IMG/VR virus record: IMGVR_UViG_3300021964_000014
DNA: 64,000 nt
Direction: 5' to 3' (one strand)
Source of the DNA: a virus
The number at the start of each line of letters is the position of its first letter. Positions within the stretch are counted from its first letter, which is position 1. The translations under genes were made by a program, and so were the position numbers. Shown in pieces: positions 29,601-37,359 of this stretch. The notes under the pieces were generated by a model, which did not search any database, was not told the origin of the DNA, and saw nothing but the letters and a program-made list of their open reading frames with translations.

Positions 29601-32600
29601 ATAATCTTGAGTAGCTGCATTACCGCCTGTGATTGTTATAGCACCTTTTATTTCTAAGGTACCAGTTCCTGCATCCCAAGCTAATTTATTTCCTGCTGAC
29701 CCTGTTAAGAAAAAGTCACCAGTGTTATCCATATAAGTCTTCCAGGTACCTGATTCGTAGAATCCTAGGTTAGTAGAAGTTAAATATAAACCTGTAGCAG
29801 AAGCGGTTGGTGGTCTAACTGCTCTACCTGAGCTGTCAGTAAATATTTTTGCATCTAAAGTATTAGTTGTTGTAGCTATAGAGCCAGACAAAGCTGCGTC
29901 TGAAGCTGATATTTCTGTTGCTAATGATCCTGATAAAGAGCTGGTAGCAGCATTTAGTTCTGCTGTATTAACTCCAGTTCCTCCTGTTATGTCAACAGCT
30001 CCTTTGATATTAAGTGTTGAACCATCCCAGTATATATAATTGTTTCCAGATGTTGCAGTACCTACTCTAAACTTACCGGTACCGTCCATATAAATTCCAT
30101 CACCTGCTGTGTTTGTTATTACACTAGCACTAACTCCTGCTTTTAAAGCTCCGTTGTTAAGTGAACTTGAAATTATAAATGTTGGAGTATCTAAACTAAA
30201 TGTTTGAGTCTTTATGTTTAAATTACCGTCTGTAAAGTTATCTAAAGATATAAAGTTGTTAGCTCCTCCTACTTTCCATGCACCATCTGTATACCAGTAG
30301 TTATTGTTGTTTACATAGATACCATCATTAGTACCTTGAACATCTCTACCGATAGAAATCTTTTGACCAGTTTCTAACCCTCCTTGAACAGTTGCTACAT
30401 GAAGTATACCTGCAATAGAACCAGTTTGTGCTGTTATAGCTCCTTTGAAGTATCCATTTTCAGTATAAATACCAAAACCTGGTTCATCATCTCCGTATAA
30501 GTATGCAGAAGATAATCCTGATAGATCTCCTAATCTAGTTCTTAATTCTAAATCATAAACCCCTGATCCTGTTCTTTCTACTATATCCATATAGGGTGTA
30601 GAAATATCTCTAGGATTAGCATTCATGAGCATATAACCAGAAGTAATATCTTTTTCTGGGTTATAAACACCAGTTGAAACTAATACCTGACCTTCATTAT
30701 AAGGTTGAGCAGTTGATACTAAACCGGCTAAAAATTCTTTATCAGAATCAATCAAGTAAACAGTGTCACCATTAGTATGTGAATCTGCAACTGTGTCGTG
30801 GTAATCTCTAATTACTGTTAATACATTACCTGAAGTGGATATAGATGTGATTTTAAATCTTTCATCATCTATTTTAATAATATTTTGAACTGCTAAACTT
30901 GCAGTACTTGCTACAGTGATATCTGTTTCTATATCATCTAAGTCTTCTACTATAGTAGTAACTGAAGAAGATACAGCAGGTACACCTCCAAATGCTCTTT
31001 GAACATATATTTCACCTGCTAGTCCATCAGGGTCTATTGAACCTGTGTTGTAAGATATACTACTATCTTGTGAATATCTTTTAGAACCCGATACATACAT
31101 ATACTCAACTGAGAATCCTGTATTATCGACTGATTTAGCTTTTAATATTTCACCTGTTTCAAATCCAGAAACGTTTGCTACTGAGAATGTAACAGCTGTG
31201 TCAGCATATGAAGAAGAGCCGGCTATAATAGCTCCTGCTTCACTTCTTAAAGGTTGTATGGTTGTAGCATTCGCTACCATCAACTGACCTCCAACTACGT
31301 TAACACTCTCTTTTTCAAATACAGTAGTTTTTAAAGTACCACGTATTCTCATATTTTCAAACTCAGCAGAACCGTTTCCTAATGTATCTATTCTCCAACC
31401 TTTTACGTTGGTAGCAAAGTTAGAAGATTCTAACCTACCATCTGAATGTATTATGAGTCCTGTTTCACCTTCTGCATATGCTCCTCCAAAACCAGAAGCA
31501 GGTATAGATCTAATCTGAGAGTCAGTTACTTCCCATCCTCCGATCTTATTACCTTCCTGACCAAACATTGCAATTGTATCAGCACTACCTGTCCCAGAAC
31601 CATCATATATTTTAATACCGTATAAATCGGAAGCATCGTCTGATATTTCTCCTAATCTTATAATTTCTTTTGAACCGGTATCAAAAATATTAAGTCTTTG
31701 AGTTGTGGTATCTATATCGAAATAAGTCGTGTCTAACTTAAAAGTTTCTGTCCTAATATCAACACCAGTGGTTGTATTGAACCTAAAGTAGTTACTAGCA
31801 TTCTTAGTTAGATCTAATGTTGCTACAGTAGAGTCCATACCAAGTATAACACCGGCATCATTATTACCAAAAGTTGTTTTGGCTCCTGCTACTAAAAACG
31901 CATCATCAGTATTTCCTTCTAGTCTTACCTTATTTGTACTACCGGCTGTTATTTTTCCTTGTGCTCCTAAAAGTTCAACTTTACCGTCACCAAGTGACAT
32001 AGAAGCTTCAGTAGAAGATATTTCTATATTAGAAGCTGATATTTCTAAAAGTCTTGTTGAGATTGATACGTCTGTACCGTCAAATTTAACAAAGCTATCT
32101 GAACCGTCACCTACATGGAATCTTGGAGTTCCGCCGTTGTATTGTAACTGTATACCTTCATTACCATAAGTTGCGCTATTAATAGAAAAACTATTATCAC
32201 TTGCATCTAATACTATATTAGTTGACTTTCTTATTTGAGTATTGGTAATATCCCATCCTGCTATATTACCGCCGGTAAATAAAACATCTGAACCTGTTAT
32301 CTCTCCGTTACCTTTTATGTTAAAAGCAGAAGATGATATGAAATATCCTGAGGTAGAGGCTGAACCTGACATATAAAATGAAGGTACACCTAAAGTTGAT
32401 GGTCCTACTATAGCATCTGGTGTTATATTAAATCCACCAATTAAACCGGCAGAAGCAGTGATCTCACCTTCAATTACAGCACCAGAGGCATGCATATACC
32501 CACTTGAAGATATAGCAAAGTTAGAACCAAAATGTACGTAGTAGTTAGCTGATGGTTGGGGATTGAAAGTAATGTACCATTCATCGGAAGAAAGACCTCC

Positions 32601-32900
32601 GCTATCGCTTCCGGGTCCTTTTATTTTATCGTAGAATGAACCTGAGAATAGGTCTATAATCATCCTACTACCTGTTACTTGACTATTAGCTATATAAACA
32701 TCACCAATAGATCCACCGTTTGTTTGAAAGTTTGCGAATGCTTCACCTCCAATAGGTACAGTTAGAGACGTTCCGTCTTTTCTTTGTAACAATAGTTGGT
32801 TTGCACCGAACGAAGCTGTGAAGAAAAACGATCTAAAATTTGCATCTAGTTCCTCATGAGTAAGAGGAGCGCCTTTTTCGTCTCTGAAAGTTATAGCCAT
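23325..32900 (-). CDS. Giant tail fibre (3191 aa) with internal repeats, Hint domain and C-terminal Peptidase_S74 chaperone
   Basis: N-terminal KGAPLTHEELDANF anchor, IGGW/GNFYL-WDG repeats, Hint motifs, SDERLKENI...GFIAQEV...LVEAIKEL. Confidence 0.88.
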   Translation of the reverse strand: MAITFRDEKGAPLTHEELDANFRSFFFTASFGANQLLLQRKDGTSLTVPIGGEAFANFQTNGGSIGDVYIANSQVTGSRMIIDLFSGSFYDKIKGPGSDSGGLSSDEWYITFNPQPSANYYVHFGSNFAISSSGYMHASGAVIEGEITASAGLIGGFNITPDAIVGPSTLGVPSFYMSGSASTSGYFISSSAFNIKGNGEITGSDVLFTGGNIAGWDITNTQIRKSTNIVLDASDNSFSINSATYGNEGIQLQYNGGTPRFHVGDGSDSFVKFDGTDVSISTRLLEISASNIEISSTEASMSLGDGKVELLGAQGKITAGSTNKVRLEGNTDDAFLVAGAKTTFGNNDAGVILGMDSTVATLDLTKNASNYFRFNTTTGVDIRTETFKLDTTYFDIDTTTQRLNIFDTGSKEIIRLGEISDDASDLYGIKIYDGSGTGSADTIAMFGQEGNKIGGWEVTDSQIRSIPASGFGGAYAEGETGLIIHSDGRLESSNFATNVKGWRIDTLGNGSAEFENMRIRGTLKTTVFEKESVNVVGGQLMVANATTIQPLRSEAGAIIAGSSSYADTAVTFSVANVSGFETGEILKAKSVDNTGFSVEYMYVSGSKRYSQDSSISYNTGSIDPDGLAGEIYVQRAFGGVPAVSSSVTTIVEDLDDIETDITVASTASLAVQNIIKIDDERFKITSISTSGNVLTVIRDYHDTVADSHTNGDTVYLIDSDKEFLAGLVSTAQPYNEGQVLVSTGVYNPEKDITSGYMLMNANPRDISTPYMDIVERTGSGVYDLELRTRLGDLSGLSSAYLYGDDEPGFGIYTENGYFKGAITAQTGSIAGILHVATVQGGLETGQKISIGRDVQGTNDGIYVNNNNYWYTDGAWKVGGANNFISLDNFTDGNLNIKTQTFSLDTPTFIISSSLNNGALKAGVSASVITNTAGDGIYMDGTGKFRVGTATSGNNYIYWDGSTLNIKGAVDITGGTGVNTAELNAATSSLSGSLATEISASDAALSGSIATTTNTLDAKIFTDSSGRAVRPPTASATGLYLTSTNLGFYESGTWKTYMDNTGDFFLTGSAGNKLAWDAGTGTLEIKGAITITGGNAATQDYVTGSVDTLSGSLATSLSSSNASLSDSLASTSSSLASNLSDLDAVAAGKASIFRQGTSPSTSGRTVGDVWIHTGEQNKMYIWNGSSFTASSDGTYDQAALINSTSASLSSSVALDIFTDSSGKLVRTPNTSSAGLYLGDTNLGFYSGSGWKTYMANNGNFYLTGSDANYLAWDGTSLTIAGSINITGGNATTQADLNTATGSLETFAQNAANTAESNANTFTNTATSSLSGSLATGISASNAEISSSVASVSGELNSVSASQASVNEGLQGVLDGKNSIFRQATAPGASGRTEGDIWIDNDDGNKVYVWGAGNAWTASADTTYDQSLLINNTSSSLAADIFTDSTGKIQKPATLSGEGLFMDQTNLGYYSGSEWKTYMANNGNFFLTGSSSNYLAWDGTSLTIAGTINIVGGNAVTQDNLNTVTGSLQTFATNAANEASSSLTGSITQAQSDATTAAGTATQASQAAASASAAAVTASNAATTVQSNLDTATGSLETSISNTAATASAEAAAAQTTANFATASAAAAQATANTAVTRSVDASGKIAFNPTPSGTGLFMSADNLGYYDTDTWKTYMSSSGDFYLAGSGNNGLSWDGSDLSVDGTIVARDGSIGGIELAAQSMYIGTGTYDNSNTPFFVSSSGKFSLGDKFVWDGTNLTIEGSITITNATYATQADLDSATGSLETSISNTAATASAEASAAQSAAETYTDNNAVGNSTTSSMLSPYTTNAATSSLVNPTSYAFGGDAFALATNTAAAGLNLTSQYLGYHDGTNFKSYMDSSGNFYLSNQGTGSDALTWDGANLRIGNRGVGPTITYQFSGSLDANIFDSNIPNITTYTSPVLGVLLQNSGGDAWNKGFLTKAVFDRNDGPSFEWDVVVGHSTPATMIGLFKESPGSYSHTEQHHTVYFQSNDITVRENGTQIHALVNDDWTSDTDFSENQQYRVKITLLETGARYEVFKDGDFTSPAYVTSSQANNVTDRYVRPGASIHYDNSSSTQGLIFRGLAAGAQLGAATKISGNTIQTGKILSSNHAGTDDGSAMSTTGMAINLDNGAISAKNFRIASDGSAVFSGTMQIGGTTLDANNTLNSNTSATDVGLGNVDNVSNSNIQASASAAANTADKDAGTVGGWTIHADKIFTGTDENVATYTSTAGRLIISSSGAIHAKQFYVDKAGNAGFKGTVTIGSTDLDENNTLNSNTSATDVGLGNVDNVSNSDIQATASAASNTQDKTAGSVGGWTIHSDKIFTGTDENTATFTSTAGRLIISSSGAIHSKEFYIDKAGNAKFKGDLEAAGGTFAGSLRVGSTNTTVSDVVSGAADGASSLQPGGAATDVNNNSTTISGNKIRAGSILSNNHAGTDDGSGFSTAGMAIDLTNGAISTPNFSLASNGDTYFGGLITAAAGINGSTIQGATINAGSLTGGTIEGGQLSIPNATSPNFSVDSQGFMTASDASISGEITATSGQIGDWIIDPTTNALRDDNSEIIFEPNIPEIQMFAGGNKKVIISPLDTLTSTAGGSVSVSIPGITSGNAMESVTSTSVYGPVYNNRYGTQGAVFAASQGEAQINITTPSFSVDAPTNQINTVTTPAYVGTQEGQLHGFPSNFYKKAHYADIYLQAIKNGTTTVVGEALLGSAYRIAGVNSHSYWEASGSVSTTGGGGGGGLQSPSSVVGTTEIELYDGSTKQAKDILKSDVLKVWKWQDGINEISAGSIKEIRNRTTSTILKVTTETKTITVTDDHGFWLDENKEIKSVELVPNETEIYVAVEGGIKKEKVLDVETIYNETDVYTFVVPGYQNYISDGILSHNPSITTYTWVQKTRAAQGGVNVAHTGGAETVLMTISETTDVKFRYRVRSGARAGYNIAVNALNSTTNTTVNTTLGTSGFGTAPSYDTSLGVGVPTNFVELKAGGLQIVSDATQYVRAPRLAQGASGNSIIFEAKGGTSQFNHILPETSGTYNFGTFLKQWNQVYAENGYFTSGLSVTGAITATGNITAFHSSDERLKENIINLDGSLAKVLKLRGTRFDWKEGNKEVHPFEGNDIGFIAQEVKEVLPEVVGEMNGGYYGVKYEKLTPILVEAIKELSKKVDILEQKLKDKE
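24198..24611 (-). other. Hint (intein-like) domain, 138 aa, no endonuclease
   Basis: SVVGTTEIELYDG block A, VTDDHGF block B (TxxH), VYTFVV...NYISDGILSHN blocks F/G. Confidence 0.85.
25745..26360. repeat. Tandem 324-nt (108-aa) duplication inside the giant fibre
   Basis: 58-bp identical run at 25969-26026 and 26293-26350; protein NTLNSNTSATDVGLGNVDNVSNS...AGRLIISSSGAIH...DKAGNA twice; outer limits approximate. Confidence 0.9.
27200..30120. repeat. Degenerate protein repeats in the giant fibre
   Basis: GL(Y/F)...LG(F/Y)Y...WKTYM...GNFYL.GS...LAWDG..L.I.G unit recurs about five times, alternating with Ala/Ser/Thr helical spacers; limits approximate. Confidence 0.8.
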
Positions 32901-32916
32901 TCTGTCTGTCCTTTAT

Positions 32917-32924
32917 TATAAATA
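32917..32924 (-). promoter_or_regulatory. Putative late promoter TATTTATA (giant fibre)
   Basis: Intergenic, upstream of ATG 32900. Confidence 0.65.
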
Positions 32925-32940
32925 CGCTCTAATTTGCTTA

Positions 32941-33837
32941 TTAGCCCGTATACATAATATAAGCTAGAGCAAAATAAGGAGGTATATGATTGTCTGTTGG
33001 TACAGGGTGGCTATGACCACCTCCAGTACCTGTTGAGTTAGTAGTTCCACTTCTCCAATAAACATATTTGTTATCGTTATCACTGTCTCCACTACCTTTA
33101 TATTTAGTAGGTCCTACGTAATCAGCTCCACCAAGAGTACCACTTGCTCCGGTACCTGGGTTGTTAATTTCAATGTAGTAACTGTCTTTATATGTATGGG
33201 TATGTGAAGGTATTTGTCCTGCTGTTAATGTGTGAGCAGTTGTGTTACCTCCATGATCGTGAGAAATATCACCGCCTGTCTGAGTAAAGTTGGAAATACC
33301 TTCGATGTAAGTTTTAGCAGTACCGCTTAAGTCTGAATGAGCACCTACGATAAATTTATTTCTTAAATCAGGAGTACCGTTTGATCCATTACATAGTTTC
33401 CAACCTGAAGGTATAGTTGCTATAGTACCAGACCACATTATAATACCTCCTACCGGAATAGGAGCTGCATTAACCTGTCTAACTACTTGATTAGATTGTT
33501 GTACTAAGAAGTCATAATTAGTAGCTGATGATGCGGTTGGTATACTGTTTAGAGTAACTGAACCAGATAAGGTTGAGTTACCGTTTACAATTAGGTTAGC
33601 ATTAGATGTTATAGAGCCTGTTATTACTGTATTACCAGCTACATTTAATCCTGCAGAACCTGATATACTTCCTTGTACTACTAATTGATAACCAGATACT
33701 TTAGTGGAGGTACCAATACCGACATCTCCATCTGAATGGAATGATGCTACTACCCTGTTATAAGAAGCAGAAACTGAAGATGTTACTGGTCCGGATAGTA
33801 TATGGAAACCTTCGTTCCCACCTGACTGTACGCCCAT
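32941..33837 (-). CDS. Tail fibre C-terminal part with tail-collar domain
   Basis: PVGGIIMWSG...PSGWKLCNGSNGTPDLRNKFIVGA, HxH motifs, PPYFALAYIM. Confidence 0.85.
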   Translation of the reverse strand: MGVQSGGNEGFHILSGPVTSSVSASYNRVVASFHSDGDVGIGTSTKVSGYQLVVQGSISGSAGLNVAGNTVITGSITSNANLIVNGNSTLSGSVTLNSIPTASSATNYDFLVQQSNQVVRQVNAAPIPVGGIIMWSGTIATIPSGWKLCNGSNGTPDLRNKFIVGAHSDLSGTAKTYIEGISNFTQTGGDISHDHGGNTTAHTLTAGQIPSHTHTYKDSYYIEINNPGTGASGTLGGADYVGPTKYKGSGDSDNDNKYVYWRSGTTNSTGTGGGHSHPVPTDNHIPPYFALAYIMYTG

Positions 33838-33839
33838 AA

Positions 33840-34574
33840 CTACATGACTGAATGTGGTCCTTCTAAAATTACACCTCTAGTGTTACCTCCTAGTAAGTTA
33901 TTACCTAAGTTATTTTCAATACGAGCATCTGCGGAATCCCATGTGAATAGTTTTGTTCTATAAGAATCTTCTAATGTCTTACCAAATACTATACTACCGC
34001 TAATAACGTTATCACCTAATGGATAGTTTGCCCCTGCACCTCTAGTTTGGAAAGAACCGTCTCCTTTAATTACAAAAGAAGGTCCGCCACCAGTCCAGAA
34101 ATTAATATTAGAGTCCGCACTTTCATATAAATTCTTAATTACTAAATCTGTACCTACTCCATCGTATGCTATACTTGCCGAATTAACTGCTACTGCTATA
34201 TGTAATTCTCCGCCGTTTACAACAACGTTTCCACTATTTACTTTTAATTTTTCGTTAGTGCTTAAAGAAGTTGTACCTATACCTATACCGCCCTTTGCAC
34301 TATCATATACTATATTAGTTGTTCCACCGAACGCTGTTGGAGAACTTTTATATTGTAATTCATTAACACTACCGGCTACTTGAACCGATCCTGTAAATGT
34401 GTTTAAGGGTATGTTTACAACTCCTGCTCCTTGCAGACCACTACCTGTGTAGTGTAGGTGTAAAGAAGAAGAGTCTGCCGGTATAGAAGCAGAATAGAAA
34501 AAACTTTGAAAGTTTATGTCTAACTCTTGGTAGGAAAGTGCAGTTCCTTTATTTGTTCTTAACGTTATTGCCAT
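33840..34574 (-). CDS. Tail fibre N-terminal part (probably one gene with 32941..33837, broken by a frameshift)
   Basis: MAITLRTNKGTALSYQELDINF anchor paralogous to the giant fibre N-terminus; ends 2 nt before the next ATG. Confidence 0.75.
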   Translation of the reverse strand: MAITLRTNKGTALSYQELDINFQSFFYSASIPADSSSLHLHYTGSGLQGAGVVNIPLNTFTGSVQVAGSVNELQYKSSPTAFGGTTNIVYDSAKGGIGIGTTSLSTNEKLKVNSGNVVVNGGELHIAVAVNSASIAYDGVGTDLVIKNLYESADSNINFWTGGGPSFVIKGDGSFQTRGAGANYPLGDNVISGSIVFGKTLEDSYRTKLFTWDSADARIENNLGNNLLGGNTRGVILEGPHSVM

Positions 34575-34576
34575 GG

Positions 34577-35626
34577 TTACATATCTAATTTAACTAGTAC
34601 TGTTGTTTCATTGTTGTCTGATACAGGAATAGGTTGAGCCATTTTTGCTACAGCTATTAATTCGCTTGCATCATTATATAAACCTACCGTTGTAAAATAT
34701 GGTTTGAAAAAGCTTCCGGTTACATTATCTATAAGTGAACCAGATGTTCCATTAGCGATTGCAGATGGATGTTGAGTAAAATTAAACTCGTCTTCTTTTA
34801 CCTCACAATGGTAGTTATATGTATAAATAGGATGAGATGATTGCCAAGCTACACTACCACTAAAATAGTTCTGATAGTATCCTCCTACTGCAGGGTTGGT
34901 TAAAACAATCAACCCGTGAGAGTAGATTACATTTCCTACAATTCTTTGAGGAGAAGATGCTGATAGTATTAAGTTTCCGTTACCGTCATCTAGTAGTGTT
35001 GTTTTCCATTCATCAGCAGCAGCGATAACGAATTCAGATTCAGTTTCGTTTATATATTGTTCTTCATTTTCTACATAGTCTCCATCTGCTAACTGTTCAG
35101 ATGCTCCATACATAGTATCTACTTCTTCTGCAAAACTTTCACTAACGTAATTGCCACTAGCATCACTCCCGGTATAGACATAGTTAGAACCAGAACCTTC
35201 TAGGTCTGGTGTTATCACTACGCTACCTGGTCTAATATAGCATCCGTAAAGATTTTGAGGGATAGAGATTACTGTAAATTCTGATTGAGCTCTTCTTTGG
35301 TTTGAAGTGTAGGAACTTTGTAAGTAGTTATCATACGCAGAGCCAGACATTTCATTTGAGCTAGTTGTAGGTAAACCTAAACTATCATAACCGGAATAAT
35401 AAAGGTGGTGTATACTGTTGTAGACTAACCTTGTATGGTGTTCGTAATCAGTACCAGCTAGGTTGACATCGCTACCACTTGGTAGCCAGGCTCCAGAACC
35501 AGAAACACCGTGATATGTTTCTATACCAAAACTATCGTGTTGACTTCCACTAGCTGTGAAAGCTTTATGCGCTACATACTCTGTAGTGTAGTAATCTTCT
35601 TGTTTGAATTTTTTGAAGGCAGCCAT
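34577..35626 (-). CDS. Baseplate/fibre-attachment structural protein
   Basis: C-terminal PYFTTVGLYNDASELIAVAKMAQP; paralog of next gene. Confidence 0.65.
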   Translation of the reverse strand: MAAFKKFKQEDYYTTEYVAHKAFTASGSQHDSFGIETYHGVSGSGAWLPSGSDVNLAGTDYEHHTRLVYNSIHHLYYSGYDSLGLPTTSSNEMSGSAYDNYLQSSYTSNQRRAQSEFTVISIPQNLYGCYIRPGSVVITPDLEGSGSNYVYTGSDASGNYVSESFAEEVDTMYGASEQLADGDYVENEEQYINETESEFVIAAADEWKTTLLDDGNGNLILSASSPQRIVGNVIYSHGLIVLTNPAVGGYYQNYFSGSVAWQSSHPIYTYNYHCEVKEDEFNFTQHPSAIANGTSGSLIDNVTGSFFKPYFTTVGLYNDASELIAVAKMAQPIPVSDNNETTVLVKLDM

Positions 35627-35629
35627 TCA

Positions 35630-36649
35630 TTAATAATCAAGTTTAATTCTTATTAACGCTTCCTTTGTAAAGTCTTTTAATAGTGGTCTTGATAATTTTG
35701 CTACTCCTAATAAATCATTATTATCGTTATATAAACCAACTGAGGTAATATATGATTGAGGATTGTTAACCATAGCACTATGTCTTAGCTCTCCTGATCC
35801 TGTTATATTAGAAGGGTTGTTAGAATAGTTAAATTCACTATTACGAACTCTTACAAATACGTAATTAGATGAAATAGTTTCTTCTCCGTTTAATTTAAAC
35901 GATTGACCGTTTTTGATTAAGTTATGAAGAACTGTGTTGTTTGTTCCGTTATTAACTGCTGAACCTGTTGATGGATTAGCTACTGTTGAATTATCTCCAA
36001 ATACGTGTGTAATTGCTTTTGCATTAAGTAAAACTAAACCTACATCAGGTAAAAACTTACCAAAAGAAGCAATATACGAACCTGTTGTGTATCCTGTAGC
36101 ACTCCAACTTACTGGTGAGCCATTTGATCCTTGAATTATATCGTAGACTCTTCCCGAATCATTATATGTTACTGTGGTTACATTTTGACTATTCTCGGTT
36201 AAAGATAAAGAAGCAGTACTATCGTTTAACGTAAGGTTAAATGTTCCAGGTAGTAATTTTTCTTTATACCTAGCTCTATCTACTGAGATAGCCCAAATAC
36301 CTTTATCTCCAGACGATTGACCGCCAAAGTTAAAATCTGTTTCTTCATCTCCTAATACTAGAGATCTATATTGACCGTAGATAGTACCTGAAGGAGATTT
36401 ACCGGATACAGCAGAGTTATAAACTGTGGAACCTAATCCGTTCTTTTCTCCATATGCTATAGAGTATTGAACTGAAGAGGTTGTTGCTGTGGCAAATACG
36501 TCTAAGTAATAGTCTCCGCTAGTTGCAGCTTCTTGTGTTGATGAAGTAAAAAACGTAGTTAATTCATATGCTCCAGTACTCCAAACGGTAGAGGATATAG
36601 AGTCTGCACTTACAATTACGTCTTGATTATCGAATTTTTTAAATGACAT
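35630..36649 (-). CDS. Baseplate/fibre-attachment structural protein
   Basis: EFNYSNNPS...YITSVGLYNDNNDLLGVAKLSRP...IKLDY. Confidence 0.65.
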   Translation of the reverse strand: MSFKKFDNQDVIVSADSISSTVWSTGAYELTTFFTSSTQEAATSGDYYLDVFATATTSSVQYSIAYGEKNGLGSTVYNSAVSGKSPSGTIYGQYRSLVLGDEETDFNFGGQSSGDKGIWAISVDRARYKEKLLPGTFNLTLNDSTASLSLTENSQNVTTVTYNDSGRVYDIIQGSNGSPVSWSATGYTTGSYIASFGKFLPDVGLVLLNAKAITHVFGDNSTVANPSTGSAVNNGTNNTVLHNLIKNGQSFKLNGEETISSNYVFVRVRNSEFNYSNNPSNITGSGELRHSAMVNNPQSYITSVGLYNDNNDLLGVAKLSRPLLKDFTKEALIRIKLDY

Positions 36650-36655
36650 ATCTTA

Positions 36656-37312
36656 TTATACTTTAGTTACGTTAATTGGAATAGTTATTCTAGCTCCACT
36701 ATCTCTACCTATGATAGTAATTGTACTGTTGATACTAGTACTAGATGTTCCGTATAACGTGTTAATTGTTGTACCTGTAATATTTACAGAAGTACCTATT
36801 ACTGTTTTAGATACATTAGTACCTAAAGTTGTTACAGTATTTAATCTTTCTGCTTCTGCAGTATTAATCCCTACACCTGTAAAGTTAGAAAGTAGTCTCA
36901 CATCGGCAATAGATACTGTGTATCCACTTGATTCATAAGCTTGTGAAGCTCCTAAGTAGTTGAGTGTTTGAGGAGTAATAGTTAATGAAGCTCCTTGCTT
37001 TAAAGTAATAGATGCATACCCTGCTTCTAGAATTGGTAGCTTTGCAGTACCTCTAGGAAGAGTTGCTAATTTATACTTCATTACTTGATTTTCATCAGGA
37101 AATGCTTCTAATAAAGGCATATTTTCGATAGCCTCACCATAATATGCAGAACCGGATGGGTGTAATGTATTATACAGAGTATAATCAATCTCATCATCGG
37201 CTAGTGCAAACTGGGTGATTCGGAAAGAGCCATCTCCCCTTGCTAAAAGCTCTCTTCCCTTTTTGGTTAAGATTGCGTCGACTGTTACGACTGAGTTGTT
37301 TAAGTATCCCAT
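36656..37312 (-). CDS. Conserved structural protein
   Basis: DAILTKKGRELLA...ITQFALADDEIDY; TATTTATA upstream. Confidence 0.65.
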   Translation of the reverse strand: MGYLNNSVVTVDAILTKKGRELLARGDGSFRITQFALADDEIDYTLYNTLHPSGSAYYGEAIENMPLLEAFPDENQVMKYKLATLPRGTAKLPILEAGYASITLKQGASLTITPQTLNYLGASQAYESSGYTVSIADVRLLSNFTGVGINTAEAERLNTVTTLGTNVSKTVIGTSVNITGTTINTLYGTSSTSINSTITIIGRDSGARITIPINVTKV

Positions 37313-37334
37313 TTTTCTAACTTTGTTTATATAT

Positions 37335-37342
37335 TATAAATA
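37335..37342 (-). promoter_or_regulatory. Putative late promoter TATTTATA
   Basis: Intergenic, upstream of ATG 37312. Confidence 0.65.
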
Positions 37343-37359
37343 TGTGTTGTTATTCTTTT

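Noticed and set aside
33838-33842. Stop-codon reassignment or TAG readthrough
   Set aside because: In-frame readthrough meets TAA within about 20 codons; long genes are intact under the standard code and TAG/TGA end many genes normally
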